Positions 1 through 8,995 of a stretch of DNA of 64,000 bases are shown piece after piece. This DNA comes from Myxococcota bacterium (lineage in GTDB: Bacteria; Myxococcota_A; UBA796; CAJQPC01). The position numbers were made by a program, and so were the translations under genes. The DNA is taken from assembly GCA_036229005.1 (NCBI GenBank), contig JAZAMN010000071.1:32001-96000 (forward strand), given 5' to 3'. The notes under the pieces were generated by a model. The model made no database searches, had not been told where the DNA came from, and worked only from the letters and a program-made list of their open reading frames with translations. Numbering within the stretch: position 1 is the stretch's first letter; every line of letters starts with the position of its first letter.

Positions 1-2022
1 GCCCGGGACTTCGAGGCCATCGAGGCCCGCGTCAAGGTCGATGCCCGCCCCATCCGCCTGCGCAAGTACATCCGCGCCCAGGTGCGCTCCCGGCTGACCT
101 TCGAAGCCCAGCGGGACGGCGCCCAGATCCTGGTCCTGAACATGCCCCGCTACGAGGGCCGCGAGAACACCTTCCAGATCCACCTGATCGCGGACCGGCG
201 CGGCAACGCCCTGTCCTGGACCGCCCTGAACTCCGACATCTTCGGCGGTCAGATGACCGGCGACCCCGCGTCGCTGGCCAGCGTGGACACCGACCCCGAC
301 AAGGGGAGCACCACCTCCAGCAGCAGCCAGAGCACCTCCAGCTCCGGCGTGGACTCCACCGCCGCGAACTCGACGGCCAGCGACGCCACCGACAACTCCG
401 AAGACGGCAGCGGCCTGAGCCTGAGCAGCGACCCCGGCTCCACCTTCACCGACGACACCGTGAACATGAGCGTGGACCGCGCGGGGCAGGACTACCCCAT
501 CCTGGTCCTGCTGCCCGAGCCCCTGGAGGCCGGCGAACAGGTGGACATCGTGATGGACTGGGAGACCCAGTGGAACTTCATCCAGATGGGCTCCCAGGGC
601 GCCGGCGGCGAGGTGCAGTCCCTGGGCCCGACCACCGGCTTCCGCAACCTGCTCCCCGAGCTGTGGCCCCAGGCCGCGGGCACCCGCTGGGACCACGAGA
701 CCACCGTCACCACCCCCAGCCTCTACAACTACAACGTGGCCATCTCCGGTGAGACCATCCGGGAGAACTGGGACCAGGAGGTGGAGCTGATGACCCTCAC
801 GGTCCGCGGCCAGGACGACCTCCGTCCGGGCGTGGCCATGGGCAAGTGGAACACCCACGAAGAGCCGCCCGCGTTCGGCTACCCCGGCGTGCGCATCCAC
901 CTCAACCCCGCCGAGGCCTACTCCCTGGAGGAGATCGCCCCCGAGCTCCGCCGCGTGCTGGGCTTCTACGCCCGCCTGATGCCCGAGCTCCCCGTCGACG
1001 AGTTCGAGATCTACCAGGGCCGCGATCTCACCTTCACCCGCGACCGCAACGAGCCCGGCGACGGCATGCTGGAGATCAACCAGCTCATCGGCCGCGGCGG
1101 CGGCACCGGCGCCAACACCCTCTACCGCGAGCTGGACCCCTTCACCGGCCAGACCATGCTCAGCCGGGAGCTCGCCCGCCGCTACTGGGACGGCCTGGTA
1201 CAGCCCGGCGGCGCCCGCGACGCGTGGCTGGCCTGGGTCATGCCCGAGGTCTACTCCGCCTTCTACGTGCGCGGCGTCCAGGGCACCCAGCCCTACTTTG
1301 AGTGGATGGAGACCCTGCGCGGCTACCTGGAGGACCCCCAGGAGCAGGTCGACCGCCTGGGCGTCCCCCAGAACATGCGGCCCGCCCTGGACCTGACCGA
1401 CACCGGCACCGAGGGCACCCGCGGCTGGTACGGCGGCCTCGCCCAGCGCTTCTACGGGCTCTACGTGATGGGCAACATGCTGCGCTACCGCGTCGGCGAG
1501 GACGTCTACTACAAGGCCCTGGACCGCGTCCTCACCGCCCGCAAGCACAACTTCATCACCACCGAGATGCTCCAGGAGGCCCTGGAGTACCACTCCGGCC
1601 AGGATCTGGACGACTTCTTCGACTTCTGGGTCTACCAGGGCATCATCCCCGGCGTGACGGTCGAAGTCCTCCACCAGGACGACGGCACCCTGCGCGGCTG
1701 CATCCAGTCCGACGTGCCCTTCGGCTCCTTCGATCTGCCCGTCACCGTCGACGATCAGGAGGGCTTTCGCCGCGTCGGCGCCCTGGTCGACGTGGACAAC
1801 GGCCACGGTCAGTTCGAGGTCCCCGGCCGCACCGCCGACTTCAACGTCATGGCCGACCCCGAGGGCCTCATCCTGCTCACCAGCCGGGAGGTCCGGGAGG
1901 TGAAGGATCTCAGCCACTGCTGGATCACGCCCCCACCCCCTCAGCCCGAGACCACCCCCGACACCTCCGAAGATCCGTCCACCGGCGAGGACACCGGGTC
2001 GCCGACCGCCCCCACGGAGTAG
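1..2022 (+). CDS. M1-family aminopeptidase-like (gluzincin-fold) protein, 5'-truncated by the window; Zn motif degenerate
   Basis: Frame open from base 1. 'MLSRELARRYWDGLV...DAWLAWVMPEVYSAFY' sits where HExxH...WLNEG(F)A..Y lies. Also 'MLRYRVGEDVYYKAL...ITTEMLQEALEYHSGQDLDDFFDFWV', typical of the M1 C-terminal part. Confidence 0.7.
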   Translation, partial: ARDFEAIEARVKVDARPIRLRKYIRAQVRSRLTFEAQRDGAQILVLNMPRYEGRENTFQIHLIADRRGNALSWTALNSDIFGGQMTGDPASLASVDTDPDKGSTTSSSSQSTSSSGVDSTAANSTASDATDNSEDGSGLSLSSDPGSTFTDDTVNMSVDRAGQDYPILVLLPEPLEAGEQVDIVMDWETQWNFIQMGSQGAGGEVQSLGPTTGFRNLLPELWPQAAGTRWDHETTVTTPSLYNYNVAISGETIRENWDQEVELMTLTVRGQDDLRPGVAMGKWNTHEEPPAFGYPGVRIHLNPAEAYSLEEIAPELRRVLGFYARLMPELPVDEFEIYQGRDLTFTRDRNEPGDGMLEINQLIGRGGGTGANTLYRELDPFTGQTMLSRELARRYWDGLVQPGGARDAWLAWVMPEVYSAFYVRGVQGTQPYFEWMETLRGYLEDPQEQVDRLGVPQNMRPALDLTDTGTEGTRGWYGGLAQRFYGLYVMGNMLRYRVGEDVYYKALDRVLTARKHNFITTEMLQEALEYHSGQDLDDFFDFWVYQGIIPGVTVEVLHQDDGTLRGCIQSDVPFGSFDLPVTVDDQEGFRRVGALVDVDNGHGQFEVPGRTADFNVMADPEGLILLTSREVREVKDLSHCWITPPPPQPETTPDTSEDPSTGEDTGSPTAPTE

Positions 2023-3689
2023 TTCGCGGCCAGCAGGTCGCGGGCGGTGCGCAGGAACTCCTGGATGTTCAGGGGCTTGTTCAGGAAGGCATCCATGCCC
2101 ACCTGCGCGGCCCTCTCCCGGTCTTCGGGCATCACGGAGGCGGTCAGCGCGATCACCGGCAGCTTGGGGGCGACGCCCTCGCGGAGCTTCAGGGTGGCCT
2201 CGAAGCCATCCATGACCGGCATCTGGCAGTCCATGAGCACAAGGTCAAAGGGGTGAGCCCGGACGGCGCGCACGCCCTCCAGCCCATTGTTCGCCACCGT
2301 CACCTGCGCGCCCAGGCGCCGCAGCGTCGCCTCCGCCACCTTCTGGTTGACCGGGTTGTCCTCGACGACGAGCACCCGCAGACCGGGGGGGAGGCTGGAG
2401 AGATCCGGGGCGTTGGGCCCAGGTGTCCCGTTGGACGGGGTCTCCTCCTCCTCCTCCTGGACCTGGGTGGCGAAGGCGCTGCGGGCCGGGGCCGGGAGGG
2501 TGATGGTGAACGTGGAGCCTTCCCCCAGGCAGGACTCGACCTCCAGGCGGCCTCCCATGCGCTCGACGATGCGGGAGACGATGCTCAGGCCCAGGCCCGC
2601 GCCGCCGTAGCGCCGCGTGTGGGAGAGATCCGCCTGGGTGAAGGGCTCGCAGAGGGTGGGCAGGGCCTGGGGCTCGATGCCGATGCCGGTGTCACGGACG
2701 ATGATGCGGAGCGCGTCGTCCCGGTGCTCGATGCGCAGCTCGATCTCGCCGTCGTGGGTGAACTTGACGGCGTTGGAGAGCATGCGCTCCAGGATCTGGG
2801 CCACCCGGCGGGGGTCGATGCGGACCTTGGGGGGCGCGTCGCTGCACACCGAGTAGCGCAGGCTCAGGCCCTTGGCCTCGGCCCGGTCGGCGGCGTCCCA
2901 GACCAGCTCGCCGGCCAGCCGGCGGGGGTCGATCCACACGGGCCGGAGCTCCAGCTTGCCGCTGTCGATCCGGGCGTAGCCCAGGATGTTGTCGACCAGG
3001 CTGAGGAGCTGGCTGCCGGAGCGGGTCAGGGCGTCCAGGAAGTCCTGCTGCTCGGGGTCCAGCTCGCTCTGCTCCAGCAGCCTGGCCATGCCCAGCACGC
3101 CGTTGATGGGGGTGCGCAGCTCGTGGGACATGGTGGCCAGGAAGCTGTGGCGGGCGGCGAACGCGCGCTCGGCGTGCTCCTGGGCGACCCGGGCCTCCTC
3201 CATGCTGGTCCGGAGGCGCTTGCGGCGGCGCTTGAGGCGGTCGGCGAGCTCCTGGGAGTCCTGCAGCGAGACGTCCAGGGTGTGGATCAGGGTGACCAGC
3301 TCGGCGGTGGCGTCGTGGGGGGCGAGGTCCTCCAGGGACAGGCCCAGCACGCTCATCAGGGAGAGGCTGCGGATCTCGGGCGAACACAACAGCAGCGCGC
3401 CCCCGTCCTGCACGACCCACTGGCCGCGCAGCTTGAGCGGCAGGCTGCGCAGGCGCAGGTGGAAGCCCTCGCGGCGGTAGGTGGGGATGTCGTGGGTGGT
3501 GATCTGGTCCCGCTGCGGCCAGAGCAGCTCGAAGCGCTCGTTGATGGGGCCAGCGGGGATGCCCCCCAGCTTGGACCACCCCTGGCCACCGCCGACCACG
3601 CGCAGCTCCGCGTCGATCAGCAGGTAGAAGGGGAAGGCAGCGCTCAGGGACGCGCCCTCCAGGCAAGGCCGGGGACCGGGTGAGGTCAT
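1941..3689 (-). CDS. Hybrid histidine kinase: HNOBA (H-NOX-associated) domain + HisKA + HATPase + receiver
   Basis: AFPFYLLID...DLAPHDAT (HNOBA-like); MSHELRTP H-box; NAVKFT, DTGIG, GAGLGL; receiver VEDN...LMDCQMP...KP. Confidence 0.9.
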   Translation of the reverse strand: MTSPGPRPCLEGASLSAAFPFYLLIDAELRVVGGGQGWSKLGGIPAGPINERFELLWPQRDQITTHDIPTYRREGFHLRLRSLPLKLRGQWVVQDGGALLLCSPEIRSLSLMSVLGLSLEDLAPHDATAELVTLIHTLDVSLQDSQELADRLKRRRKRLRTSMEEARVAQEHAERAFAARHSFLATMSHELRTPINGVLGMARLLEQSELDPEQQDFLDALTRSGSQLLSLVDNILGYARIDSGKLELRPVWIDPRRLAGELVWDAADRAEAKGLSLRYSVCSDAPPKVRIDPRRVAQILERMLSNAVKFTHDGEIELRIEHRDDALRIIVRDTGIGIEPQALPTLCEPFTQADLSHTRRYGGAGLGLSIVSRIVERMGGRLEVESCLGEGSTFTITLPAPARSAFATQVQEEEEETPSNGTPGPNAPDLSSLPPGLRVLVVEDNPVNQKVAEATLRRLGAQVTVANNGLEGVRAVRAHPFDLVLMDCQMPVMDGFEATLKLREGVAPKLPVIALTASVMPEDRERAAQVGMDAFLNKPLNIQEFLRTARDLLAANYSVGAVGDPVSSPVDGSSEVSGVVSG

Positions 3690-4246
3690 GCTGCCCGTTG
3701 TGAGGCGATGCGGAGTTCGAAGACATCCAGGGGGGCCCCCTCCGAGCGGCGCTCGCTCCAGACGACCTCGCCCTGGACCCCCTTGAGGCGCATCAGGGAG
3801 CGGAACACGCCGACCACGAAGCCGCCGAGGCCGTCGCGCTCGGAGTGGTACTCGATGCGGAACACCCCCTGCTCGGGCCCGTGGACCACAAAGCTGGGGG
3901 GGCGCATCTGGGGCATGGAGGTGCGGACCCGGCGGTGCATCTGGCCCAGGTTGCGGAGCACGTCCTCGAGGCTGCCCTGCTCCAGATTCAGGATGGGGCC
4001 GAAGCCGCGCATCCGGGTGTAGGTGGTCCAGTACTCCCCAAAGTGGATCAGCACCTCTTCGGCGCTCATCCCCTTGTACTCCGCGATCGCGACGACCAGC
4101 TTGACGGTGAGGGCGTCGGGGTAGCTCTGGAGGCTGACGAAACCGTCGATGTCGACGTCCGCCGACTCCAGGATGTCGAGCCAGACCTCCTCGCCGTGCT
4201 CCCGAAGGATGAGCTCCTCAAGCCCGCGATTGACGATGCCGTACAT
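3686..4246 (-). CDS. H-NOX (heme NO-binding) protein, copy 2
   Basis: Starts MYGIVN (sGC beta-like); proximal His in LGQMHRRV; YHSER (YxSxR); stop overlaps the kinase start (ATGA). Confidence 0.92.
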   Translation of the reverse strand: MYGIVNRGLEELILREHGEEVWLDILESADVDIDGFVSLQSYPDALTVKLVVAIAEYKGMSAEEVLIHFGEYWTTYTRMRGFGPILNLEQGSLEDVLRNLGQMHRRVRTSMPQMRPPSFVVHGPEQGVFRIEYHSERDGLGGFVVGVFRSLMRLKGVQGEVVWSERRSEGAPLDVFELRIASQRAA

Positions 4247-4328
4247 TCGTTCGACCTCCACCAACGGGGATCGACGCAGCCTGCCTCGGACTGAATCAAA
4301 GTAGGGACAAATCCCAAGGCGCGGGCGC

Positions 4329-6326
4329 TCACCCGAGCAGCGCCAGCCCCCGCGGGCGCAGGACCTGGGCCATGGTCCGCTCCAGCTCCTCCATCCGCAC
4401 CGGCTTGTGGAGCACCGCCGACATGCCCACTGCGAAGGCCCGCTCGCGGTCCTCGGGCATCACCGACGCGGTCATGGCGATGATCGGGGGCGCGCTCGCG
4501 CCCCGCTCCGCCAGGATCTGTTCAGTGGCCGTGAACCCGTCCATGACGGGCATCTGCACGTCCATCAGGATCAGGTCGAAGGGGAGCTCCGCGGAGAGCG
4601 CCACCGCGTGCAGACCATCCGGGGCCAAGGTCGCGTACACCTCCAGCCGCTTGAGCATGGCCAGGGCCACCCGCTGGTTGACCGGGTTGTCCTCGACCAG
4701 CAGCACCCGCAGGCCCGCGCAGGGGCTGGCGGACTGGGGCTCAGGGGCCTGGGGGATCACCCCGCCCAGCACGTCCCGGATCTGCTCCGGGCGGCAGGGG
4801 AAGCTCAGGTGGCCGCCCAAGCCCTCCGCGGCCTGGCGCGCCTGGGCCGCGTCCGCGAGGTCGGCGATCACAAAGCAGCGCTCCGGGGGGGCCTGGCCGG
4901 TGAGCTCCGCCAGCGGGTGCACCAACACCGCGGCCCAGCGGCGCTCCGGGAGGTTGCGCAGCGAGTCCACCGCGACCACCTCCGCGCCCATGTCCCGGAG
5001 CTGAGAGGCCCAGGCCAGCCGGGTGCGGGACCGGCGCTCGACGACAGCGACGGGGCCGTCCAGGAGCAGCCGCGGGCAGCGGTACTGGCCCTTGCCGGGG
5101 GCATTCAGGTGGAAGGAGAAGGTGGCCCCCTCTCCCAGGACGGAGCGCACCGAGATCCCGCCACCCATGGCCTCGCAGAGCTGCCGGGAGATGCTCAGCC
5201 CCAGCCCCGTGCCGCCGTAGCGGCGGGTGGTGGACAGGTCGGCCTGGGTGAAGGGCTCGAAGAGCCGCTCCTGGCGCTCCGGGTGCAGCCCGATCCCGGT
5301 GTCCCGGACCTGGCCGTGGAGCGCGCCGTCGATGTGGTCCAGCGAGACCTCGACGTAGCCCTTCCGGGTGAACTTGAGGGCGTTTCCGACCAGGTTGAGC
5401 AGCACCTGCCGCAGGCGGGTGGGGTCGGTGTGGATCTGGGCCGGGACCCGCGCCCGCACATCCAGGAGCAGCTCCAGCCCCTTGGCCTGGGCCTTGGGCG
5501 CCAGGAGCGTGACGACCTCCTCGGCCAGGGCCCGGGGATCCACATCCCGCAGCTCCAGGCCCAGCTTGCCGGAGTCGATCTTGGAGAAGTCCAGGATGTC
5601 GTTGATGATGTGCAGCAGCCAGGTGCCGGAGTCCCGCAGGGTGCCCAGGAGCTGCCGCTGTTCGCTGTCCAGGTCGGTGCCGTCGAGCAGCTCCCCCATG
5701 CCCAACACGCCGTTGAGGGGGGTGCGGATCTCATGGGACATGGCGGCCAGGAAGGCGTAGCGGGCGGCCGCGGAGCGCTCCGCCTCGATGCGGGCCTGCT
5801 CGGCGACCTGCAGGGCCTCTTCAGCCACCCGCTGCGCCTGCTCGGCCTCCTTTCGGGCCGCCTGGAGGCGCCGGCGGCGCTCGGAGAGCCGGGAGGCGAG
5901 CACCCGGGAGTCCTCCAGCGAAGCGTCCAGGCTCTGCACCAGCACCAGCAGCTCGGAGCTCGCGTCGTGGGGGGCGATGTCGCTGATCTGCAGGCCGCTC
6001 TGGCTGAGCTGCTCCAGGGAGCGGACCGCGGGCGAGAGCAGCAGCACCGCGTAGTCCTCGCGGGTGAGGATCTGTCCTCGCAGGCGCAGCTCCGTGTCGC
6101 GGAGCTGAAGGAGCACCGTGGTGTCGCGGAGGTGGGCCAGGGTGTCCCAGGAGAGCACAGCCCCCTCGGGCCTGAGGACCTCGAAGCGCTCCAGCAGGCC
6201 GCCCTGGGGGACCCCGAGACGATCCCACCCGGGCCCCGCGCGCAGGATCTCCAGCGCCGGATCCACCCGCAGGAAGAGCGGGAAGACCCTGCCGAGCTCG
6301 TCGTGGCCCAGACCGAGGGGGGTCAC
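4329..6326 (-). CDS. Hybrid histidine kinase: HNOBA + HisKA + HATPase + degenerate receiver + receiver
   Basis: VFPLFLRVD...SDIAPHDAS; MSHEIRTPLNG; NLVGNALKFT; GTGLGL; LMDVQMP. Confidence 0.9.
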   Translation of the reverse strand: MTPLGLGHDELGRVFPLFLRVDPALEILRAGPGWDRLGVPQGGLLERFEVLRPEGAVLSWDTLAHLRDTTVLLQLRDTELRLRGQILTREDYAVLLLSPAVRSLEQLSQSGLQISDIAPHDASSELLVLVQSLDASLEDSRVLASRLSERRRRLQAARKEAEQAQRVAEEALQVAEQARIEAERSAAARYAFLAAMSHEIRTPLNGVLGMGELLDGTDLDSEQRQLLGTLRDSGTWLLHIINDILDFSKIDSGKLGLELRDVDPRALAEEVVTLLAPKAQAKGLELLLDVRARVPAQIHTDPTRLRQVLLNLVGNALKFTRKGYVEVSLDHIDGALHGQVRDTGIGLHPERQERLFEPFTQADLSTTRRYGGTGLGLSISRQLCEAMGGGISVRSVLGEGATFSFHLNAPGKGQYRCPRLLLDGPVAVVERRSRTRLAWASQLRDMGAEVVAVDSLRNLPERRWAAVLVHPLAELTGQAPPERCFVIADLADAAQARQAAEGLGGHLSFPCRPEQIRDVLGGVIPQAPEPQSASPCAGLRVLLVEDNPVNQRVALAMLKRLEVYATLAPDGLHAVALSAELPFDLILMDVQMPVMDGFTATEQILAERGASAPPIIAMTASVMPEDRERAFAVGMSAVLHKPVRMEELERTMAQVLRPRGLALLG

Positions 6327-6868
6327 TGGAGGGTCACCTCGAAGATCTCGTGAGGGGCGCCCTCGCTGCGCTTGGCGGTCCAGCGGATCTCCCCCTCCAG
6401 CTCCTTGACCTGAAGGAGGCCGCGCAGCAGCCCGGCGACCATGGGGCCCAGGCCCGCCCGGTCGCTGTGGTAGTGCATGCGGAGCTGCTTGGGGCCCAGA
6501 CGCTCCGCGGTGAAGCGCGGCGGGCGCAGCTCCGGCATGGTGTCCGCGACCCGGCTGTGCATCTGGTCCAGATCCTCCAGGAACTCAAAGAGCTCCCGGT
6601 TCTCCAGGTTCATCAGGGGGCCGTAGCCGCGGCTGCCGACGTACTGGATCCAGTAGACGCCGAAGGCCTCCAGCAGGTCGTCCGCCGGGATGTCCAGGGT
6701 CTCCGACGCGGCCCCGACGAGCCGGTAGGTGATCTCATCCGGGTAGGGGTCCATGGAGATGAAGCTGTCGGCGTCGACGCCGGCCCGGTCCACGATCTGG
6801 AACCAGGTGTCCTCGCCGAATTGCTTGCAGACCAGACCCTCGATCGCTTTGTTCACCAGTCCGTACAT
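6323..6868 (-). CDS. H-NOX (heme NO-binding) protein, copy 1
   Basis: MYGLVN...YPDEIT...FG..W...LDQMHSRV...P.F...YHSDR; GTGA overlap with the kinase. Confidence 0.93.
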   Translation of the reverse strand: MYGLVNKAIEGLVCKQFGEDTWFQIVDRAGVDADSFISMDPYPDEITYRLVGAASETLDIPADDLLEAFGVYWIQYVGSRGYGPLMNLENRELFEFLEDLDQMHSRVADTMPELRPPRFTAERLGPKQLRMHYHSDRAGLGPMVAGLLRGLLQVKELEGEIRWTAKRSEGAPHEIFEVTLQ

Positions 6869-6934
6869 GGGACCTCCAGCCGCAAGATACGGCCGGACAT
6901 CTCTTCAGCCTGAGCGAAATCCGGCGAGCGGCCT

Positions 6935-8821
6935 TCAATCCCGCCGGCGGAGCAGCATCACACCAGCCAACAGCGCGAGCACGCCACCAAAGGCCCCCGC
7001 GGGCGCCTGGGTGCTGGAGCAGGTTGCGCCCGATCCGCCCGAGTAGAGGCCGTCGACGCCGCTCAGGGGGCTGGTGTCCTGGGTGGTCCCGCTGTCCTGG
7101 GGATCGCTGTCCTGGGGCTGGCCGGTGTCGCCCGAGTCCCCGGTGTCCTGGGGCTCGCCCGTGTCGCCAGTGTCCTGGGGCTCGCCCGTGTCGCCGGTGT
7201 CCTGGGGATCGGCGTCGTCGCTGGGGTCCAGGGGGTCGCTGCCGTCGCTGACCTCGTCGCCGTCGGACTTGCCGCCGCCATCCGTGTCGGCGTTCAGGGG
7301 ATCGGTGCCGTGGCTGTTGACCTCCTCGCCGTCGCTGAGGCCGTCGCCGTCGGAGTCCGGGTTGTCCAGGTCGGTGCCCAGCGCCCGCTCCTCGTCGTCG
7401 CTCAGGCCGTCGCCGTCACGGTCCCCGGAGCCGGGCAGGTCGTCGCTGCCGTCCAGGGGGTCCGTGCCGTCGCGCAGCACCTCGGTGCCGTCGGCCACGC
7501 CGCCGTCGTCGGTGTCGGTGTCCAGGGGGTCGGTGCCGTAGGTGTTGACCTCTTCCCCGTCGTCCAGGCCGTCGCCGTCCGTGTCCGCCGCGTTGGGATC
7601 GGTGCCGTGGGTCTTGACCTCGTCGCCGTCGCTCAGGCCGTCGTCGTCGCTGTCCGCGTCGTTGGGATCGGTGCCCTCGACGTTGACCTCGCGCCAGTCG
7701 TTCAGGCCGTCGTCGTCGGAGTTCTTGTCCAGGGGATCGGTCCCATGGGTGTTGACCTCCTCGCCGTCCGTGAGGCCCTCGCCGTCGGTGTCCTCATTCA
7801 GAGGGTCGGTGCCGTAGGTGTTGACCTCGTCGCCGTCGCTCAGGCCGTCGCCGTCGGTGTCGGGGGCGTCCGGGTCGGTCCCGTAGGTGTTGGCCTCGTC
7901 GTCGTCGTCCAGGCCGTCGCCGTCGCTGTCCACGCCGCCGTCGTAGCCATCACAGTCCTCGTCGATGCCGTTGGCGTCGATCTCCGTGGCGCCCGGGTAC
8001 ACAGTCGCGTCGGTGTCGTCACAGTCTCCGTCGTTCGGGGTCAGCCCGTCCTCGTCGAAGTCGTAGCAGGGGATGTCGCCGCCGCTGGAGACCGTCAGGC
8101 CAAAGCCGCTGGCCTCGAAGTCGGTGTCCTCCTCCAGGGTACCGGTCAGGCCGTTGGGGCCGCTGTCCGTGGCGGTGGTGGAGCCGGTGGCGTCGTCCAT
8201 GTTCCACAGGGCGTAGATGCCGGGCTCGCCGCCGGTCAGGGCGTAGTCCATCAGGCAGGAGACGGTGTCGGCGTCGTGGGCGCGCTCCCAGATCCGCACC
8301 TCGTCCAGCGCGCCGACCAGGTAGTCGGAGCTGTAGGAGCCGGCGGTGTCCATGTCCGTGCCCAGGCCCCACTCGTCGGTGCTGGACCAGGTGACCGCGC
8401 CGCTCAGGGTCAGGGTGTCCGTGGCGACGCCGTCCACGTAGAGCGTCACGTCGGTCCCATCGACCACCACGGCCAGGTGGGTCAGGTCGTAGTCGGCGTA
8501 GGAGGTGGCGTCGCAGATGGCCTCGGTCCCGTCCGTGCAGGAGCCGCCCTCGCTGGCGTTGACGTCGTTGAACTCGATCTGCCAGTTGCCGGAGACGTAG
8601 CCCACGTAGAACACGTTCTGGGCGGTGCTCGGGTCCACGACCTCCAGGATCGTGTCGTAGTTGGACTCGGCGTAGGTCTCGAAGGAGGCCCAGGCCTCCC
8701 ACGTGAAGCTGGTGCCCGGGTTCAAGCCGGTCCCCAGGTCGATGCGATCGGCGTCCCCGCCAAAGGCGGCCTGGTTTCCAGAGGCGTGGGCGGCGCCTGC
8801 GAAGAGGGCGAGCAGGAACAT
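6935..8821 (-). CDS. Cell-surface protein: LamG/concanavalin-like domain + MopE-type repeat + DTDGDGLSDGxE Ca-binding repeats + MYXO-CTERM-like anchor
   Basis: Signal peptide; SFTWEAW...HLAVV..G....LYVDG...GALDEVRIW (LamG); GDCDDTDATVYPGATEI...DEDCDG; C-terminus GATCSS...TM helix + RRRD. Confidence 0.85.
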   Translation of the reverse strand: MFLLALFAGAAHASGNQAAFGGDADRIDLGTGLNPGTSFTWEAWASFETYAESNYDTILEVVDPSTAQNVFYVGYVSGNWQIEFNDVNASEGGSCTDGTEAICDATSYADYDLTHLAVVVDGTDVTLYVDGVATDTLTLSGAVTWSSTDEWGLGTDMDTAGSYSSDYLVGALDEVRIWERAHDADTVSCLMDYALTGGEPGIYALWNMDDATGSTTATDSGPNGLTGTLEEDTDFEASGFGLTVSSGGDIPCYDFDEDGLTPNDGDCDDTDATVYPGATEIDANGIDEDCDGYDGGVDSDGDGLDDDDEANTYGTDPDAPDTDGDGLSDGDEVNTYGTDPLNEDTDGEGLTDGEEVNTHGTDPLDKNSDDDGLNDWREVNVEGTDPNDADSDDDGLSDGDEVKTHGTDPNAADTDGDGLDDGEEVNTYGTDPLDTDTDDGGVADGTEVLRDGTDPLDGSDDLPGSGDRDGDGLSDDEERALGTDLDNPDSDGDGLSDGEEVNSHGTDPLNADTDGGGKSDGDEVSDGSDPLDPSDDADPQDTGDTGEPQDTGDTGEPQDTGDSGDTGQPQDSDPQDSGTTQDTSPLSGVDGLYSGGSGATCSSTQAPAGAFGGVLALLAGVMLLRRRD

Positions 8822-8995
8822 GGGATCTCCTTGAGGGATCCCAGCCTATCCGCATCGTCGGTACACCCGCGAGTCCACTTGAGGCCTGCAAGGGACAGCG
8901 GAAGGAGTGTCGCCGACCTGACAGCCCCCGGTGCAGCCGTCCCAGATCGGCCTCAACTTCCGGCGATCGCGACCGATGCGCGGCCAGGAGTGCCC

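Noticed and set aside
1941..2022. 82-bp convergent overlap of two genes as a functional overlapping-gene system
   Set aside because: Both overlapping tails are low-complexity and outside conserved domains; common in GC-rich genomes
7100..7930. Nucleotide repeats inside the surface-protein genes as mobile or CRISPR repeats
   Set aside because: In-frame coding repeats (PQDTGDTGE linker, DTDGDGLSDG units)
7310..8995. N-terminal 562 codons of the 1651-aa ORF 7310..12265
   Set aside because: Antisense shadow of the LamG gene (V/A/G-rich); the real start is ATG 8996 with an AGGAG RBS
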